Part shown: piece after piece, positions 59,755 through 64,000 of the stretch
Position numbering within the stretch: position 1 is the stretch's first letter
Layout: each line of letters starts with the position of its first letter
Source: Hydrolagus affinis
Taxonomy: Eukaryota
NCBI GenBank assembly: GCA_012026655.1
Contig: JAAILG010000349.1
Coordinates: forward strand, 1-64,000
Length of the DNA stretch: 64,000 bases
Direction of reading: 5' to 3'
The notes under the pieces: generated by a model
What the model was told of the DNA's origin: nothing
Seen by the model: only the letters and a program-made list of their open reading frames with translations
Databases searched by the model: none
Translations under genes and position numbers: made by a program

Positions 59755-60090
59755 TTAGTTGGCAACTCTAGTCTCTGCTGAGGTCGCATTCGGACCACAG
59801 TACACAGTCGTACGTATCATAGGCTGACATTCCAGTGCAGTGCTTCATTTGAAGTGTTAACCCGAGGTTCTGTCTACTTGTTCTGGTGGACATTAAGGAT
59901 CCCGAGAATTCAAAGAGAAAACAAATTCTCTCGTGCAAATCTGACCAACAATCCTCCCAATAAATTTATTAATTTGGGGTCTGTGCCTGTGTGTAAATTT
60001 ATTGCTGGGCTTGCTTGCAAATACAATCACTATATGAAATGCTTCAAAATCCCTAAACATTATAGGTACTGCATCAAATATAAGGATAAA
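59755..60090 (+). mobile_element. Deu-domain SINE, degenerate
   Basis: gtgttaacccgaggttctgtctacttgttctggtggacattaaggatccc... is similar to 57190-57260. Confidence 0.55.
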
Positions 60091-61197
60091 TTAAGACGAG
60101 AGTTTTGTTGAATTTGATAATGCAGTATTACACTGGTGGACGTGAAATACAGACTGAAAGAATGTCCAACAATTTACAGTTAATTCCGTAAATGATTCAA
60201 CGTTGGAACACAGGATTCAATGCTCCTTTTTTAAATTATGTACAAGTTCGGTATTTCCTCAGAGAGCAGAGCTGCGATACAAGAGTTTTATTACTTCCAA
60301 CTCTTCAGACAGTGGAGTTTGGATTGCGGCGATGATGGAGAGGATGGAAATTTATTCTGCAAATTGCTCCTGAAATCTCGCTGCTAATCTAAATTGCTGC
60401 CCTGAAGGATTTGTTAGTTTTTCCGTTGTATCGCACCTCTCAGTGGGAAAAGTGTAATGAAAGAGCATGGCATCTTGGCAGAGCGTTCCATAAATGTAGT
60501 TCAGGATTGTAACTATAAAGAAATGGAAAGTAATGATATTCATGGAAAATGTTCCAGCAGTGTTTCATTCAAAGCACAATCTTCCCTCATGAAAGGAGTT
60601 CAGTTCCAACCACTGAATTGCCTGATCCAAGTGTGTGAGTGAACAATAAATCTATAGTACCCTCACACCTCGGTGTTGACTAGGAAACTTCATCAATGAC
60701 CAAATGAATTCTCATGTCTTCTTGGTACAGTGCTACATTGAAGGTAGGGATATGTGTGGATCACTTTCCTTTTAGTGACAGAGACAAGGGTGAAGGAGGA
60801 GGCAGTGGGAAATGTGCCAAAAATGTAAAATATTTAGTAGTAACACAAGTAAATCTTGATTTCAGTCCTTCAGCAGCTAAGTAGACGAACTCAGCTCATA
60901 ACTGGGGCATAGCAACTAATTTCAGGAGGTCCTTTGGCCTGCTGAAGATGAATATTACTTGAGGTTACTCTGCAACAAAGTCTGGGAATTGGACAAACTG
61001 TTAAATTTGTGATCAAATCCAAAATCTTGTAAGGAAATTAAGAACATGTGGTAGCTGTCCACAATCTTCCATTTGTGAAGAATATTTAGTTCCTAATCAA
61101 TGTTCTCACTCCTGATTGCTCTCCAGTGAATTGGAAAGATCAAGTGAGAATAATGTTTGACGTCTCCTCCCTCTTCCCATGGTGGAAGTCTAAAAAT

Positions 61198-61372
61198 ATA
61201 ATCCTGATATTTGTTGTAGCATCCTTCTCGCCGGGAGGACACTTCAAGGCACTTCACAGAATAAACTGTAAAGTGAATTGAATGTACATTTCGTGGTGAA
61301 ATGTGGCAGCCAATTACGGACAACAGTGTCCGCAAACAGTCATGGGTTGAAGTGACTAATTTATTATTATTG
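61198..61372 (-). mobile_element. SINE family A 3' half (second fragment at about 61385-61485)
   Basis: aggcacttcacagaataaactgtaaagtgaattg...gcagccaattacggacaacagtgtccgcaaacagtcatgg is the reverse complement of the family A body. Confidence 0.8.
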
Positions 61373-61685
61373 AAGTGGGGGTGAATTATTCATCCCTTAT
61401 AATGCCTTATCACTTCATTTAGATATGTCAAAGCGCTTCACAGGATTGTGAAGTGGATTGACTGTGTATTTTGTAGGTGAAATGCAGAATAATCTGGGCT
61501 TCCCATCCACTTAAGTAGATGTTACTGTGACTGACCTTTGGCAGTAAACCTCATAGTGTGTTTAAAGTCTGTTTACAACAACTCTGGTGGCTCCAGTCAG
61601 GAGTCAGCTCCCAATCTGTCAATGTTATTGTAAGTTAATGTTTAACTGGCCTACTCTCAACTGTTTCCCTCTTTACCCATTAGGT

Positions 61686-62156
61686 CAGTGGTTTCCAAAC
61701 TGGGGGGCGCGTACCGTTGGCTGGGGAGGGCGTGGGTCTTTAGAGTTTTGAGCCCCTGAATGCGTGTGGAACCAAAGTGGAGCCGAGGACCCGAGCATGT
61801 AGAGCCGAGTGTGAAGGAGTGGGAGGGTGGGGTGGGGGGGGCGCAACGAACACATTGCTGAGTTAGGGGGCCACCGCTATTCAAAGTTTGGAAGCCACTG
61901 CCTCAGTGTGAGTTATCCAAACCTGTTGCTAAGTCGGTTGGTCAGTTGGTCAGTCAAGTGGTCACCGATGGAGCCCTGGCTGCAGTCCTGCCCGCGGGCC
62001 TCCTGACCCAGCGATCACCGGTGGAGCTGAGGCGAAGCCGAGGACTCGAGTGGAGCCGAGTGTGAAGGAGCCGAGTGTGAAGGAGTGGGGTGCAACAAAA
62101 ATGTTGCTGAGTTAAGCGGGTGGGGGGCTCCACTATTCAAAGTTTGGAAGCCACTG
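61686..62156. mobile_element. Composite hAT MITE, same family as 55875-56334, opposite orientation
   Basis: Left TIR CAGTGGTTTCCAAAC; right TIR GTTTGGAAGCCACTG occurs twice (ending 61900 and 62156). Perfect TSD CATTAGGT at 61678-61685 and 62157-62164. Confidence 0.9.
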
Positions 62157-64000
62157 CATTAGGTTGATTACACACTATCAGTTTGTGTTTGCAGTTGCGA
62201 ATATTACAGATGGTCATTTTGAAGTTAGTTTTCTCAGATTACAAACAGCTAAGAAAACTATCTTTGGATATCCTTTGAAACATTTAACATAATGCAGTAA
62301 TTTTTGAATGCATGTACCTTACTGATTACTGTAATTATTCAGTGACATTTTGAAATGATGGTTGAGGACATGTGGTAACATGAAACGGCATGGTTACCTC
62401 TTTGATGTTTACCTTGGTTACCAGCAAACGATAAAAAACTACAAACCCTTTTATGTTTCAATTGAAAGAATAGGAATACAATCTAGTGTGGTGGAGGTTA
62501 TCTGGATAGAATAGTATTAATATGAAACAACGAATCATCCATTCACAGACGTTAAGGTGATACATTAAAATAAGTGGTTCATGCAAACTAGTCCAAATTT
62601 CATGGTCTATGTTGTGCTGTAATTTTATTCTGATTTCTTTTATTCTTCACAAATGGAAGATCTTTCTTTTATTGCTTTAAAAAAAACATTGGTTTATTGC
62701 ACTAAGTAATATATTTTTAGATCAGGGTCTATGTTTGTATTATTGGATGAATGTTGCACTTTTAATGCTGGACTTCTCTATCATGTTTCCAAATAAGGCT
62801 GGATCTGTATTTAATCAGGACTTTGAAGTTGCAATTTACAATGATATGATGATAATTGATTTTACTGTGTATTGCAGATCATGCTATTTGATCTGGTAGA
62901 GAGAGCAAACTGATTCACTTGTAACAAGGGTTTTATTTTGTGATTCAGTTTTTTGGGTATCACTTACTGCTCCCAGAAAGGGAATTATTATTGTGAAACT
63001 GGCTGGAACAATCCATTGGGTCATGTAACTTCCTGCAGTAATCTGTTAGAAAAATAGGTTAGTTCTCTGACCCTGCAATATCAGTGTTCTATCTCTGCCA
63101 TTAATTCTCTGTTGATCATTTTCTTGATTTGTTTTCCTTCCATATCATTAATATAGATTGGATGGGAAGAGGGTGGTGGTGGTGGGGGGGAGAAGGAATA
63201 AGAGCTCCCTATGGTTTGTCACTAACCACATTTAACCACACTGAAACATCTGTTTAGCTCACGCTTTCCTTTCTTTATTTGAGCCATCTTCCATGCAACC
63301 AATTTCCTTTAAATATTTTATAATTTAATTTTGTGAATCAGTCTCGCATAGTTCCTTATCCAATACCTTCTGAAAATCAATCTGTGTGTACATTTGAAAG
63401 TACATGCATCAACTATAGTCCATTTCGTTACACAGAATATCATTCCCCATCATATTGATATCAGGGTAGATCGGAGTATTGGCCTTGTAACTTGCACTCA
63501 ATTAGGGAGTGAAAGGCAATTAGGCTGGTAACCAATTCTGATCATTTTTATTTCTGTAGGGATGTTTCCACAGACGTATCTTCTCTATGCGGAATCAGTA
63601 ACATGGGAAAAATGTTATATTTGATTCTGATGGCTATTGATGGCCAATTAAAATTTTAATTCGAGAAGTAAACTTGGGAATAAGGTAAACAATTGGCACC
63701 ATAGTTCAGCTACATTTCACTGGGAGCTGAATGTGAAAGGCTTTCTTTTTTGTGGCTTGTGATGTAAAGGATTATGCCTTTTATGTCTTATCTGACAGCA
63801 ACATATTCTGGGATGTGAGATCCGGTTAATAGACCCTTTTTACACTTGTTTTGCTATGAATAATATAATCTTTAATCTTCTGTTTGAGGGTTTAATAGCT
63901 TTCATTCATTCTGGTGTACAGCGCAATGGCATAATCATTTCTTGTATAATCCCTTGAAAGGACAATTTGCATTGTTCATACTGTGGTGCAACAGGCCCAC

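Noticed and set aside
62977-63030. Possible further CCDC33 exon (KGIIIVKLAGTIH, vaguely like KETIMVTLHGATNL)
   Set aside because: That frame stops after 16 codons and the similarity is too weak. The next true exon probably lies beyond the window.
1-64000. CRISPR arrays, operons or prokaryotic defence systems; endogenous viral genes
   Set aside because: The DNA is spliced vertebrate sequence. There is no repeat-spacer array and no long unexplained ORF; the only ORF over 300 aa is ISLR2.

Overview
Vertebrate genomic DNA with compact introns and one N-gap. The repeat types (tRNA-headed SINEs with L2-type tails, Deu-domain SINEs, shark-type CR1 3' ends) suggest a cartilaginous fish, possibly a chimaera such as elephant shark; this is an inference. 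Gene order: MPI last coding exon (+), complete STOML1 (+, 7 exons, 397 aa), ISLR2 (+, single coding exon, 660 aa), complete STRA6 (-, 17 coding exons, 669 aa), then the first three recognisable coding exons of CCDC33 (+). This is homologous to the human 15q24 block, but MPI sits directly upstream of STOML1, STOML1 is inverted relative to ISLR2, and neither PML nor ISLR is present. Exon boundaries were traced by hand (GT-AG, consistent phases). Gene names rest on recalled human protein sequences, not a database search. I found no wholly new multi-gene system. The best leads are in STRA6: candidate intronic retinoic-acid response elements, loss of the YTLL tyrosine, charged substitutions in the RBP-binding loop, and a possible 24-nt poison micro-exon. 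Others are a twin-priming-like inverted SINE, nested and composite hAT MITEs, and a 214-bp AT-rich palindrome.
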